NCBI GenBank assembly: GCA_012520975.1
Contig: JAAYNF010000019.1
Span: 1 to 51,339 of the forward strand
Direction of reading: 5' to 3'
From: Clostridiaceae bacterium
GTDB taxonomy: Bacteria; Bacillota; Clostridia; Saccharofermentanales; UBA5734
DNA length: 51,339 nucleotides
The notes under the pieces were generated by a model that did not search any database, was not told the origin of the DNA, and saw nothing but the letters and a program-made list of their open reading frames with translations. Positions within the stretch are counted from its first letter, which is position 1, and each line of letters opens with the position of its first letter. This document shows positions 1-9,922 of the stretch, piece after piece. A program made the position numbers and the translations under genes.

Positions 1-12
1 CAGGCGTATTAT

Positions 13-41
13 AAAAAATCCCCGATTGGTTAACCGGAGAT
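13..41 (-). terminator. Intrinsic terminator downstream of the HPr-like gene
   Basis: Minus strand ATCTCCGGTT-AACC-AATCGGGGAT forms a 10-bp stem (2 G-U pairs) followed by a T run. Confidence 0.7.
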
Positions 42-68
42 CCGCCGTAGCCGTTTTAATCTGATCAA

Positions 69-329
69 TTAACCGTTGATTCCGGCTTCTCCAAACAGGT
101 TGAGACGGAACAGCATCGACTCATCTTCCGGATCTTCGCAGACGATCTTGGCCTCGACCATGCGGCCGCCCTCAATTAAATTGACTATGCCGGCCAGTTG
201 ACTTAGTTTGCTTTTCAGATTGATCCGGTCGTTTTCATCCGTGACCAGAAAGACGGCACCTTTGCACTTGTCCAATGCTTGGATGAACGCCTTGGCATCA
301 ATGTCGTGCATACTGAATGATCTTCCCAT
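69..329 (-). CDS. Small HPr-fold-like protein (86 aa)
   Basis: ATG at 329 with GGAGG RBS; FIQALDKCKGAVFLVT..RINLKSKLS resembles the HPr NxKS region; lacks the GLHARP His motif. Confidence 0.6.
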   Translation of the reverse strand: MGRSFSMHDIDAKAFIQALDKCKGAVFLVTDENDRINLKSKLSQLAGIVNLIEGGRMVEAKIVCEDPEDESMLFRLNLFGEAGING

Positions 330-531
330 AAAAATTCCTCCTTCATGCCTTCCCTTAAGGCATCCGATCTGCACCTGCAGACCAAAAATTTAATCTTTAA
401 TACGATCTTATTGTACCAAAACAGTAGGAATTTGCAAGAAAAATAACCCAAGAAAACTGACAAATTTACCATTCAAACTTAGGAATTTCTATGCATTTTG
501 TCTAAAATTTTGCGTTGAGCTCTGTTGTCAG

Positions 532-655
532 CTAAGCGTCGCTTCCTCTTATCAAGTCCATAAATTTCTCCGTGAACATCTTCTCGTCAATGGCAGCGTA
601 CGGAGCCTTTAACCACTTCCGGCCACAAAGCCACCGCATCAGGAAGATCCACCAT
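532..655 (-). pseudogene. Possible C-terminal remnant of a nucleoside hydrolase
   Basis: Two frames read VDLPDAVALWPEVVKG..CH* and AAIDEKMFTEKFMDLIR*, resembling the DAVA..ALxP and D..F...L C-terminal motifs of IU-nucleoside hydrolases. Confidence 0.35.
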
Positions 656-746
656 ATGAACGCACCTCGTCTTGATTCAGAATTTGGTATAATACTCAAC
701 AGACTTCCTGACGATTAGGCGCAAAAAATCCAAGGAGATTGTTAAT

Positions 747-2090
747 ATGTGGAAGAACAAGAGGATTAAGATCGTATTTTTATCAGCGTTTTTAGCAATG
801 ATCATCAGTACTTTCTATATGCTTAATATAATAACCAATGAGGTGGCGATTTATAAGCTGGAGGCAACATCCGTCTTAGACAATCAGGTCGCCTCTATAA
901 AAAATGAGTTTACGGTCAACATAAATTCCGTCTATGAGCTTAGAGCTTTGATATTTGGAGCCGGCGGAGAGTACATAGATCCCCAAATAATAGGCGAACG
1001 AATATTGAAAAACCCCAACATTCGCAACATCTTGTATGCCCCTGACTCTGTGGTCACAAATGTCTATCCCTTGGAAACCAACGAATGCATCGTGGGATTA
1101 AATTTACTCAGCCCTGAAAATCAAAGCTTTGAGGATGCTATGTTGGCCGTCCAATCCGAAGACGTAATCCTTACGGGACCGTACGATTTGAATCAAGGAG
1201 GCAAGGCCTTTTCCGCGAGACTGGCGGTCAGGATTCCCGACAATCAATCCTCTGAACTGAAATACAGCGGTTTGGTATCTGTAACCATGAATTTTCCGGA
1301 TGTAATATCCAAGAGTACGGATCATCTGTCTCACGGCTTAAAATATAATTTTGTTCTGGAAAAGAAACTTCCGGACAGCGAGGATTTTGTAGAAATTTAT
1401 TCCGGACGACACACCGAATCCGACGATTTTATATTTTCCGACTTTTCCATATCCAACATTAATTTCAGACTTTCCATCGTGCCCCAAGACGGATGGCATA
1501 ACAAGTCGGGAATTATACTTAGAATATTCGCCTTTATTGCCGTATCCCTAGCCGTAGGCATAATCATGGGCTTTATCTTCACCGCCAGACAGAATCTGAT
1601 CGAGAAATCAAGAACCGACGCACTGACAGGAATATATAATCGAGCGGGCGGTACATATGCAATAACCTCGATAATAAAAAGCCATTTATACAAAAACGGA
1701 GCTTTTGTCATGATGGACCTAGACAATTTTAAGAGCGTCAATGATGTGCTCGGACATCAAATGGGAGACGAGGTGCTGGTAACCACGGCTGCTATACTAA
1801 AAAATTCACTCCGCGATACGGATATCGTCGCCAGACTCGGAGGCGATGAGTTCATGCTGTATCTCCCCTTTGAAGGCAGTGCCGATTTTTTAGAAAAAAA
1901 ATTGGAAGATATTCGCATAAAAATGAACAGAGATATTAAAGGTGCGGATGGAATTATAACCATAAGCAGCAGTATAGGTGCAACCTTCTACAGCAAAGGC
2001 AAAAACTTCGATTCACTTTACAAAGAGGCCGATCAAGCCCTGTATAAATCAAAAGAAAACGGAAAAAATCAAATAACGATATTCAGATGA
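747..2090 (+). CDS. Membrane-anchored CHASE-GGDEF diguanylate cyclase
   Basis: Two TM helices flank a CHASE-like region (YAPDSVVTNVYPL, LTGPYDLNQGG); DALTGIYNR, DLDNFKSVND..GHQMGD, RLGGDEF; AGGAG RBS and TGgTATAAT at 685-693. Confidence 0.92.
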   Translation: MWKNKRIKIVFLSAFLAMIISTFYMLNIITNEVAIYKLEATSVLDNQVASIKNEFTVNINSVYELRALIFGAGGEYIDPQIIGERILKNPNIRNILYAPDSVVTNVYPLETNECIVGLNLLSPENQSFEDAMLAVQSEDVILTGPYDLNQGGKAFSARLAVRIPDNQSSELKYSGLVSVTMNFPDVISKSTDHLSHGLKYNFVLEKKLPDSEDFVEIYSGRHTESDDFIFSDFSISNINFRLSIVPQDGWHNKSGIILRIFAFIAVSLAVGIIMGFIFTARQNLIEKSRTDALTGIYNRAGGTYAITSIIKSHLYKNGAFVMMDLDNFKSVNDVLGHQMGDEVLVTTAAILKNSLRDTDIVARLGGDEFMLYLPFEGSADFLEKKLEDIRIKMNRDIKGADGIITISSSIGATFYSKGKNFDSLYKEADQALYKSKENGKNQITIFR

Positions 2091-2403
2091 TCTCAGTGTA
2101 AAAGCAGCTGACCTCTCCGCTACCGTCCTGCTCGAGAATTCTGCAGATATTCTTTTCCAGCGCTGAAGCCTTCTGCAACGCGGCTTTTTGCTCGAGCGCC
2201 ACATACGCAATGGTTAGTCCGATCACATTCCACAGCTCCTGCTGTTTGGTCACCGCGACCGAGATGTTATGGGAAGTTTTTAATTTATCCACGATTTTCT
2301 GCTGAAGCTGGCGCTTATCTTTCAGCGATCCCGAGGCGAAGAGCCTTATCTCGGTCTCGACAATCAAGATCCTGTGCTTCATGTTGGAATTACTGTTAAA
2401 CAT
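2083..2403 (-). CDS. DUF503 (YlxP-like) family protein
   Basis: SLKDKR...KLK..HNISVA....QELW....L.IA pattern; exact start uncertain (2403 or 2382). Confidence 0.75.
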   Translation of the reverse strand: MFNSNSNMKHRILIVETEIRLFASGSLKDKRQLQQKIVDKLKTSHNISVAVTKQQELWNVIGLTIAYVALEQKAALQKASALEKNICRILEQDGSGEVSCFYTEII

Positions 2404-2782
2404 TTTTAATAAAATCTATAACCGAACGAACGGAAGCTGCGGATTTATGGAGAAGCTCCAGCTCATCCGGCTGCAATTGTACTTCAAGTATTTTTTCAAC
2501 ACCTTCACTGCCGACAATGCAAGGAACACTGACGACCACATCGTGTAAGCCGTACTCACCTTCCAAAACACAAGCAACCGTGCGATCAGTACCGGCTTGT
2601 CGGGTTTTTTCAGCCATTTCCAATTTTTCTTTTTTGGTAAACTCAACGCCGGAAGCTATACAATAATCATTAATGCTGAAATCGACAATTCTTGAAAAAC
2701 TCCATGCCGGAAATTGGCTTTCACTATGTTCTCCGAAAATATAAGTATGCATATTTTTCATATCGATGTTAAATTCTCTCAT
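2396..2782 (-). pseudogene. ldh: L-lactate/malate dehydrogenase C-terminal fragment
   Basis: HTYIFGEHSESQFPAWS and LEGEYGLHDVVVSVPCIVGSEGVEKILE; no N-terminal Rossmann domain; segment normally following R.AG (IIxxKGATxYGI) is absent. Confidence 0.8.
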
Positions 2783-2843
2783 GGTAATATCTCCGTATTG
2801 TTAAAAATTCTCCCTGATTATAGTCTCAGAACTCACGCGTTCT

Positions 2844-2897
2844 AAAAACAAACGCAGCCGGTACAGATTGTTGTATCAACGGCTGCGTTTTTCTTTT
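2844..2897. terminator. Inverted repeat / probable terminator right after the tRNA 3' end
   Basis: AAACGCAGCCG (2850-2860) and CGGCTGCGTTT (2880-2890) with A/T runs on both sides. Confidence 0.65.
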
Positions 2898-2972
2898 TGG
2901 AGCCGCTGGTGAGAATCGAACTCACGACCTATTCATTACGAGTGAATTGCTCCACCTCTGAGCCACAGCGGC
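2898..2972 (-). tRNA. tRNA-Thr (anticodon CGT)
   Basis: GCCGCTG/CAGCGGC acceptor stem, ATTCA-CTCGTAA-TGAAT anticodon arm, GTGAG-TTCGATT-CTCAC T arm, encoded CCA; 75 nt. Confidence 0.97.
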
Positions 2973-2987
2973 AATATTGCGAATAAT

Positions 2988-3016
2988 ATGTTACCAATGG
3001 AACTGTTCTTTGTCAA
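2988..3016 (-). promoter_or_regulatory. SigA-type promoter of tRNA-Thr
   Basis: TTGACA-N17-TAACAT with extended TG. Confidence 0.7.
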
Positions 3017-3165
3017 TCCAGCTGCCACCGCTTGATCCGTCACCCCCCGCCGACAATCGCTCAACCATCGCCATCGATGATGTATTGATCACGAATTATG
3101 CTTTCAGTGTAAGCAGCGACAAATGGGTTAGCGGATTTGAGAGAATCATCGGCTGATGACGGAGA

Positions 3166-4488
3166 TTAGGCATTCAGTCTTTTGGCGGCCTGACGCGCTT
3201 CGGCAAGCAATTTTTCTTCGTCAATGGTTCGTAACTCGCCCTTGTACAGCAAAAAACGTCCTTGAACCATAAGCGATTCGACCAACGAGGCATCTGAGCT
3301 ATAAACCAAAGCCGCCACCGGATCACCAAGGGGTGTCATCGAGGGAACATCGCAACGCATGATCTGCAGATCGGCATCGGCGCCGGCGGTTATTCTCCCG
3401 GAATTAGCAAATCCCAGCCCTGCCATGCCGATTCTACTGGCCATATCCAGCAGTTGGCCGGCCGACAGTTTCGCGGCATCGCCGGCAGTTCCTTTGGCCA
3501 GTAAAGCTGCCAAACGCATTTCTCGATAGAGATCAAGATTGTTGTTGCTTCCCGCGCCATCAGTACCTAAACCCACGTTCAAACCGGCATCAATCATGGC
3601 GGCCAGATCAGCAATGCCGCTGCCTAATTTAAGATTGCTGGAAGGGTTATGAGCGACCACCACCGGGGATTTAGCCAAAATCGATCGATCGTCATCATCA
3701 AGAAAAGTGCAGTGGGCGGCCAGCGTTGGCGTACGAAAAAAACCAAACTTTTCCAACTGCTGCGGTGGGCGGCAGCCATATTTTTCTACACATTCAGATA
3801 CTTCCTGGATTGTTTCGGACACATGAATTTGGACCGGACAGTTTAAGGTTTCGGCCAGCGCAGCCAATTCAGGATAAAGAGCATCTTCGTACAGATAGAT
3901 GGAATGGACAAGCAGCGAAACTCTCAACAGGTCGGAGGGATGCCCGGCGTATTGTTTCATGCGATCGGCCAAGAGCTGTGGCAACAGATCATATTGTCCA
4001 TCCGGTCGGAGCTTTTTGGCATCACAGGAAAAATTCAGCCGAAATCCGGCCGCCAAGGCGGCTTGCGCCACCACTTCGTCATAATAATACATATCCGCCG
4101 CCGCGCCGGTTCCGCTACGGATCATTTCGGCAATACCCAACAAGGTTCCGGTATAAACAATGGTCTCATCGAGTCTTTCCTCGCGCGGAAAAATAACATT
4201 GAACAGCCAATCGTGAAGATTTCGATCATCGGCTTGATTGCGGAACAATGTCATGGCCAAATGACCATGGATATTGGCCAGCGCCGGCAGAAGCATCCGG
4301 TTGCGCCCATCATAGCGCTCATAAGCCGCGCCATTAAAGCCATCGATTGCCATCTCAAAAGATTGACCGGCATAATGAATCGTATTTCCTCGCACAGACA
4401 CATAAGCGTGGTCGGTCGTGGTTATCCGGCCATTTTTGTCCGGGGTCACCAGAATGATATCTTCAAACAGATGGTTTTGTGTCTTCAT
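3166..4488 (-). CDS. mtaD: 5'-methylthioadenosine/S-adenosylhomocysteine deaminase (MtaD/DadD-like amidohydrolase)
   Basis: NIHGHLAM, EMIRSGT..ADMY, QIHVSET..E, AAHC, HNPSSNLKLGSG, LGTDGAGSNNNLD; start at MKTQ with GAGG RBS. Confidence 0.85.
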   Translation of the reverse strand: MKTQNHLFEDIILVTPDKNGRITTTDHAYVSVRGNTIHYAGQSFEMAIDGFNGAAYERYDGRNRMLLPALANIHGHLAMTLFRNQADDRNLHDWLFNVIFPREERLDETIVYTGTLLGIAEMIRSGTGAAADMYYYDEVVAQAALAAGFRLNFSCDAKKLRPDGQYDLLPQLLADRMKQYAGHPSDLLRVSLLVHSIYLYEDALYPELAALAETLNCPVQIHVSETIQEVSECVEKYGCRPPQQLEKFGFFRTPTLAAHCTFLDDDDRSILAKSPVVVAHNPSSNLKLGSGIADLAAMIDAGLNVGLGTDGAGSNNNLDLYREMRLAALLAKGTAGDAAKLSAGQLLDMASRIGMAGLGFANSGRITAGADADLQIMRCDVPSMTPLGDPVAALVYSSDASLVESLMVQGRFLLYKGELRTIDEEKLLAEARQAAKRLNA

Positions 4489-4501
4489 GGCGTTTCCTCG
4501 G

Positions 4502-5761
4502 TCAGACCTTTGTATCAGGATCCCAGTTTTCCAGATATCGGACTTGATCAGGAGATAACTCATCGATGGATTTGTTCATTGCCGTCAGCATACCCTGTGC
4601 CACTGCCCGATCAATATCTTCCGGTATTTCATAAACGGCAGGTTTCATAGCACGGCCATAACGGGCCAAATGGCGCGTACTTAACGCCTGCAGGGCGAAA
4701 CTCATATCCATGATTTCTGCCGGATGGCCATCGCCTGCCGCCAGGTTCACCAACCTGCCCCGTGCCAAAACTCGGATGTTCTTATCTTCTGACAATTGAT
4801 AGTTTTCAACGCCGGCCCGCACATCCCGAACAGATTGGGCTAGGAACTTCAGATCAAGAAGATTGATTTCTACGTCAAAATGACCGGCATTGCATAAAAT
4901 CGCCCCGTTTTTCATGATTAAAAAATGTTCTTTCGTTATGACGTCACGACATCCTGTAACAGTGACGAAGAGATCACCGATCGTCGCCGCCTGCTTCATG
5001 TTCATGACATCGTAGCCTTCCATCAGGGCCTCACAAGCTCTGACCGGATCCACTTCGGTGATGACCACACGAGCGCCCAGCGCACGGGCACGCTGGGCCA
5101 CACCTTTCCCACACATGCCAAAACCGGCCACCACCACCACCTTGCCTGCAATCAATAAATTGGTGGTGGCCATAATAGCGGTCAGAACCGATTGGCCGGT
5201 TCCATAACGATTGTCAAAAAGATGCTTACAGCGGGCATCATTCACGGCAATAACCGGATAAGCAAGTCGACCCGCCTTTTCTAAGGTGCGCAATCGATTG
5301 ACACCGGTAGTGGTCTCCTCGCTCCCACCAATCAAGTCGGTCGCCAAATCTTTGCAACTTGTATGCAAAAGCCGGGCAAAATCGCCACCGTCGTCAATGA
5401 TCAGATGAGGACGAAAGGCCAGCGCCTGACGTAAATGCTCATAATATGTTTCCGAGTCAACGCCATGTCGGCAATAAACTTGGATACCGGTTTGGGCCAA
5501 CGATGCGGCGACATCATCCTGAGTGGATAATGGGTTGCATCCTGTCAGTGCTACCTCCGCCCCGCCTCGGGCCAGAACCTTAACCAAACAGGCGGTCTTG
5601 GCTTCGACGTGAATGCTGACAGCAATACGGAGATCTTGGAAGGGTTTTTCAGCATCGAAATTTTCTGCGATTCGATTGAGAACAGGCATATGAGCAAAAG
5701 CCCAGTCGATTTTCTGTTGTCCTGAATGAATAATGTTCGGATCGATTTCGGTAAACATCAT
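4502..5761 (-). CDS. ahcY: Adenosylhomocysteinase family (short 419-aa type)
   Basis: GCNPLSTQDD, IIDDGGD, EETTTGV, KHLFDNRYGTGQS, NAGHFDVEI, GRLVNLAAGDGHPAEIMDMSF. Confidence 0.95.
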   Translation of the reverse strand: MMFTEIDPNIIHSGQQKIDWAFAHMPVLNRIAENFDAEKPFQDLRIAVSIHVEAKTACLVKVLARGGAEVALTGCNPLSTQDDVAASLAQTGIQVYCRHGVDSETYYEHLRQALAFRPHLIIDDGGDFARLLHTSCKDLATDLIGGSEETTTGVNRLRTLEKAGRLAYPVIAVNDARCKHLFDNRYGTGQSVLTAIMATTNLLIAGKVVVVAGFGMCGKGVAQRARALGARVVITEVDPVRACEALMEGYDVMNMKQAATIGDLFVTVTGCRDVITKEHFLIMKNGAILCNAGHFDVEINLLDLKFLAQSVRDVRAGVENYQLSEDKNIRVLARGRLVNLAAGDGHPAEIMDMSFALQALSTRHLARYGRAMKPAVYEIPEDIDRAVAQGMLTAMNKSIDELSPDQVRYLENWDPDTKV

Positions 5762-5773
5762 GTTTGAATCCTC

Positions 5774-6625
5774 TTATCCTCTTAAATCAGGCATACGGGC
5801 AAAGATCCGTGATAACAGCTGAATTATTTTGTTTTCAGCCGATGCGCCGACCTTTAGCACATCTTGATGATTGAGGGGTTGACCCTGAATCCCGGCGGCG
5901 AAGTTGGTGATGCAGGAAATAGCCAATGTGCGCATCCCACCATGAGTAGCAGCAATGGCCTCCTGAACCGTCGACATACCGACTGCCGAGACCCCCAGCA
6001 TACGCAACAAGCGTATTTCCGCCGGGGTTTCATATTGCGGACCACCGCAATAAGCATAAATGCCTTCATGCAGCGTTATGGCCAACTCTTGAGCGCAACG
6101 AAGAGCCAAATCTCCCAGTTCACGGTCATAAACCATCGTCTGATCGGGGAATCGAGGCCCAAACTCATCCAGATTCAAGCCTTTTAGCGGTGAATCCGCC
6201 CATAAACCAATATGATCACGAATCAACATCAGATCGCCCGGCGTAAACGCCGGATCCATACCACCGGCGGCATTGGTGAGCACCAAGCCGGGAACCCCGA
6301 GTTTTTGCATGACGCGAATCGGTAAAACAAGATCGGCTGTTGGATGTCCCTCATAGGCGTGAAATCGCCCCTTCATCACGGCCACTTGACGATCCTGCCA
6401 ATATCCCAGAATCAACTCGCCACTGTGGCCGGGAGCCGTTGCCCGTGGAAAACCGTCAATCTCCGAATAAGCAAGAGCAACTGCGTTTTCAACCTGATCA
6501 GCCAATGAGCCCAGCCCGGATCCCAAGACCAGAAGAATTTCCGGAACAGTGGCTAAAGAACGGTTGATTTGTGTGGTGGCCCGTTCAATTCGTTGCCGAT
6601 ATTGATCAATGTCCGAAAACTCCAT
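5774..6625 (-). CDS. punA: Purine-nucleoside phosphorylase (trimeric PunA/XapA type)
   Basis: VLGSGLG, GRFHAYEG, TNAAGG, GPQYETPAE, VGMSTVQE, ITNFAAG; start at MEFSD. Confidence 0.92.
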   Translation of the reverse strand: MEFSDIDQYRQRIERATTQINRSLATVPEILLVLGSGLGSLADQVENAVALAYSEIDGFPRATAPGHSGELILGYWQDRQVAVMKGRFHAYEGHPTADLVLPIRVMQKLGVPGLVLTNAAGGMDPAFTPGDLMLIRDHIGLWADSPLKGLNLDEFGPRFPDQTMVYDRELGDLALRCAQELAITLHEGIYAYCGGPQYETPAEIRLLRMLGVSAVGMSTVQEAIAATHGGMRTLAISCITNFAAGIQGQPLNHQDVLKVGASAENKIIQLLSRIFARMPDLRG

Positions 6626-6642
6626 CCCCTCGCGCCTTTCAA

Positions 6643-9468
6643 TTAAATATTGCCGGTCCGGCCATGACAATTTTTATACTTCTTCCCGCTACCGCAGGGA
6701 CAGGGGTCATTGCGACCGACTTTATCGCCATCCCGTCGAGCCGGAACAGAGGCCGCAGCGCGACCGGCGGTGGCGCTTGGGCCGGACGCAAACCCCGATT
6801 CTATCGCCCTTCTTTGCTCGGCAAAACCGTCGGCGGTGGCATGAGCCGCAGCCAGATTGCGCGCGACCGAATGTCGGCGGGTCACGGTTTCGGAACTGAA
6901 GCGAGCACGCATGATCATGCGAACAGCATCTTCACGGATGGCGGATGTCATGGCATCAAACATATCAAAACCTTCGCGACGATATTCAACAATAGGATCG
7001 TGCTGGGCATAGCTTCGCATGCCGATGCTGTCGCGCAGGTCATCCATCATGTCGATATGATCCATCCATTTGTTGTCAACCGTTCGCAACAGGATGGCGC
7101 GTTCGGCTTCGCGCATCAAATCAGCCGAGCCGATCTCCAGAACTCTGTTTTCATATCGCTCCAGCGCCTCCTGAACCAGAGTCTCGGTGAGGGTCTCGGC
7201 ATCCAAACCTTGCTTATAGTTTGCCAATTGGCGAAGACCGTCCAAAGGACCGAAAACGTCCTGAACTCGAGCCTGAATCGCGGCTATGTCCCAGTCATTG
7301 GAGTTGGGCAGGTTGGCGCAAAAATCTAACATAATATCCTGCATGACCTGACTGATCATTTTCCGGTAATAGCCCTGCAGGTTCTCGCCCTCCAAAACCT
7401 GACGCCGCTGACCATAGATGATCTCACGCTGTTTGTTCATGACATCATCATATTCAAGAACATGCTTTCTAATGCTGAAGTTGCGGCCTTCAACTTTTTT
7501 CTGCGCCGATTCAATCGCGTTGGACAGCATTTTGTGCTGGATTTCCATATCCTCTTCCACACCTAGGGCGGCAAAAACCGTGGTCATTCGTTCACCACCA
7601 AAAAGGCGCATCAGATCATCATCCAAGGACAGAAAAAACCGACTTCGTCCCGGGTCCCCTTGCCGGCCGGCACGGCCGCGAAGCTGGTTGTCGATACGGC
7701 GAGATTCATGCCGTTCCGTACCTAAAATCAAGAGCCCGCCTGCTTGAATGACTTTTTCACGTTCAAGAGCACATTGCTCCTGATATCGCTGATGCAGCCC
7801 CCGAAACCGATTGCGAGCCTCAAGGATCAGCGAATCCGTTGTTTCATTCAGCGTCGTGGCTGCCTCGACCAAATCATCGTCGTAACCCTGTTTGCGCATA
7901 TCCTGTTTGGCAAGGAACTCAGGGTTGCCGCCAAGCAGAATATCGGTTCCGCGACCGGCCATATTGGTGGCAATGGTAACGCCGCCAAACCGTCCGGCTT
8001 GGGCGACAATTTCGGCTTCCTTGTCATGTTGCTTGGCATTCAGGACATTGTGGGGAATACCGTTTTTACGGAATAAAGATGATAGTTTTTCAGACTTTTC
8101 CACAGAAATGGTACCGATGAGAATGGGCTGGCCTTGGCTGTGCGCAGACTGAACCTCGCGTAGCAACGCCGTGTATTTGCCTTGCTGGGTTTTGTAGACC
8201 GAATCCGGCTCATCCAGCCGGATCATCGGCATATTGGTGGGAATACTGACGACATCCAAGTTATAAATTGTACGAAACTCATTTTCCTCGGTCAGAGCCG
8301 TTCCGGTCATGCCCGATAATTTCTGATACATACGGAAAAAATTCTGGAAAGTAATTGTCGCCAAGGTTTTATTTTCTTTTTCGACTTTGACGCCTTCTTT
8401 GGCCTCGATGGCCTGATGCAGACCATTGCTGTAGCGCCTGCCCATCATTAAGCGGCCGGTGAAATCGTCAACAATGATGACTTCGCCATCTTTAAGGACA
8501 TAGTCCTGGTCTCGATGCATGATGCCCTGAGCCTTTAAGGCGTTATTGATGTGGTGATTGATCTGATAGTTCTCTTGATCAGCAAGATTTGTGATTTTGA
8601 AATACTCCTCAGCCTTACGCACGCCTCGGGTTGTCAGGATCGCGGTCTTGGCTTTTTCATCGATAATATAATCCGCGTCTTCTTTGATTTCGTCGAAGTC
8701 CTGTTTGTCATCGGTTTCCGTGACCTTGACAACGCTCAGACGCCGGACAAATTTATCCGCTTTTTCGTAAAGATCCGACGATTCTTCGCCCATACCCGAA
8801 ATGATCAGAGGCGTTCTGGCTTCATCAATCAGAATGCTGTCCACCTCATCAACGATGGCGAAACTGAGTTTACGCTGGACCATCATCTCTTTGTAGGTAA
8901 CCATATTGTCGCGCAGATAATCAAAGCCCAGCTCATTGTTGGTGCCGTATGTGACATCAGCGGCGTAGGCAGCCCGACGCGCGTCGTTATCGAGGCCGTG
9001 GACAATCAAACCCACCGACAGACCGAGATATTTGTAAATCTTGCCCATCCATTCACTGTCACGGGCTGCCAGATAATCATTGACCGTGACAACATGCACA
9101 CCGTTTCCGGTCAAGGCATTAAGGTAAACCGGCAGCGTGGCGACCAAGGTTTTGCCTTCACCGGTTTTCATTTCAGCAATACGGCCTTGGTGCAAGACCA
9201 CACCGCCGATCAGCTGGACCCGATAATGGTAAAGACCGATCACCCGACGGGAGGCCTCGCGGACAACAGCAAATGCTTCCGGTAAAATATCTTCCAAGTC
9301 TTCCCCGTTGGCCAATCTTTTTTTGAAAATGGCGGTCTGAGATTTTAGCTCCTCTTCCGGCATGGCAGCGTATCGATCGGCCAGAGCTTCGATTTTGTCC
9401 ACAACCGGCGTAATCTGTCTAATTGCCTTTTCAGAATGCGAGCCAAATAATTTTGTTAACAAACCCAT
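6643..9468 (-). CDS. secA: Preprotein translocase ATPase SecA
   Basis: [61 protein letters not shown]-terminal [18 protein letters not shown]. Confidence 0.99.
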   Translation of the reverse strand: MGLLTKLFGSHSEKAIRQITPVVDKIEALADRYAAMPEEELKSQTAIFKKRLANGEDLEDILPEAFAVVREASRRVIGLYHYRVQLIGGVVLHQGRIAEMKTGEGKTLVATLPVYLNALTGNGVHVVTVNDYLAARDSEWMGKIYKYLGLSVGLIVHGLDNDARRAAYAADVTYGTNNELGFDYLRDNMVTYKEMMVQRKLSFAIVDEVDSILIDEARTPLIISGMGEESSDLYEKADKFVRRLSVVKVTETDDKQDFDEIKEDADYIIDEKAKTAILTTRGVRKAEEYFKITNLADQENYQINHHINNALKAQGIMHRDQDYVLKDGEVIIVDDFTGRLMMGRRYSNGLHQAIEAKEGVKVEKENKTLATITFQNFFRMYQKLSGMTGTALTEENEFRTIYNLDVVSIPTNMPMIRLDEPDSVYKTQQGKYTALLREVQSAHSQGQPILIGTISVEKSEKLSSLFRKNGIPHNVLNAKQHDKEAEIVAQAGRFGGVTIATNMAGRGTDILLGGNPEFLAKQDMRKQGYDDDLVEAATTLNETTDSLILEARNRFRGLHQRYQEQCALEREKVIQAGGLLILGTERHESRRIDNQLRGRAGRQGDPGRSRFFLSLDDDLMRLFGGERMTTVFAALGVEEDMEIQHKMLSNAIESAQKKVEGRNFSIRKHVLEYDDVMNKQREIIYGQRRQVLEGENLQGYYRKMISQVMQDIMLDFCANLPNSNDWDIAAIQARVQDVFGPLDGLRQLANYKQGLDAETLTETLVQEALERYENRVLEIGSADLMREAERAILLRTVDNKWMDHIDMMDDLRDSIGMRSYAQHDPIVEYRREGFDMFDAMTSAIREDAVRMIMRARFSSETVTRRHSVARNLAAAHATADGFAEQRRAIESGFASGPSATAGRAAASVPARRDGDKVGRNDPCPCGSGKKYKNCHGRTGNI

Positions 9469-9496
9469 GCATAAGTCCCTTTCCTGTTAATAGGAG

Positions 9497-9811
9497 TTAT
9501 GATTTTTTCTCCGGCAGCAGACCTTCCGACTCCAATCGGCTCAGAACCCGCTTGTATCCGTCGGCTCCATAAGTCAGAGCACGATTAACCCGACTGATCG
9601 TGGCTGTGCTGATGCCCGTTGCTTCGCAAATCTCAGCGTATGTATTGCCTCGCCTTAACATAATGGCCACTTGCAATCGTTGAGCAAGCGACTTTATTTC
9701 GGCAATTGTGCAGATATCTTCAAAGAACGCATAGCACTCTTCAATATCCTGTAAAGACAAAACAGCTGCAAACAGAAGATCCGTGGCGGGATCTTTTAAT
9801 TTGTTATTCAT
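9497..9811 (-). CDS. YerC/YecD family TrpR-related HTH protein
   Basis: ECYAFFEDICTIAEIKSLAQRLQVA...TGISTATISRVNRALTYG. Confidence 0.9.
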   Translation of the reverse strand: MNNKLKDPATDLLFAAVLSLQDIEECYAFFEDICTIAEIKSLAQRLQVAIMLRRGNTYAEICEATGISTATISRVNRALTYGADGYKRVLSRLESEGLLPEKKS

Positions 9812-9922
9812 TGCTCAACCCTCTTCATCATTTGCGTCATATCGCCTAGATATTTAACGAGATAACTCAAAGTAAATGATAACGCATGAATCTCCAACTT
9901 ACAAGACAGGCATCTTCTGGCA

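Noticed and set aside
3904-9285. Long plus-strand ORFs (3904-4650, 6571-7329, 8551-9285)
   Set aside because: Antisense shadows of mtaD and secA, with no recognisable motifs
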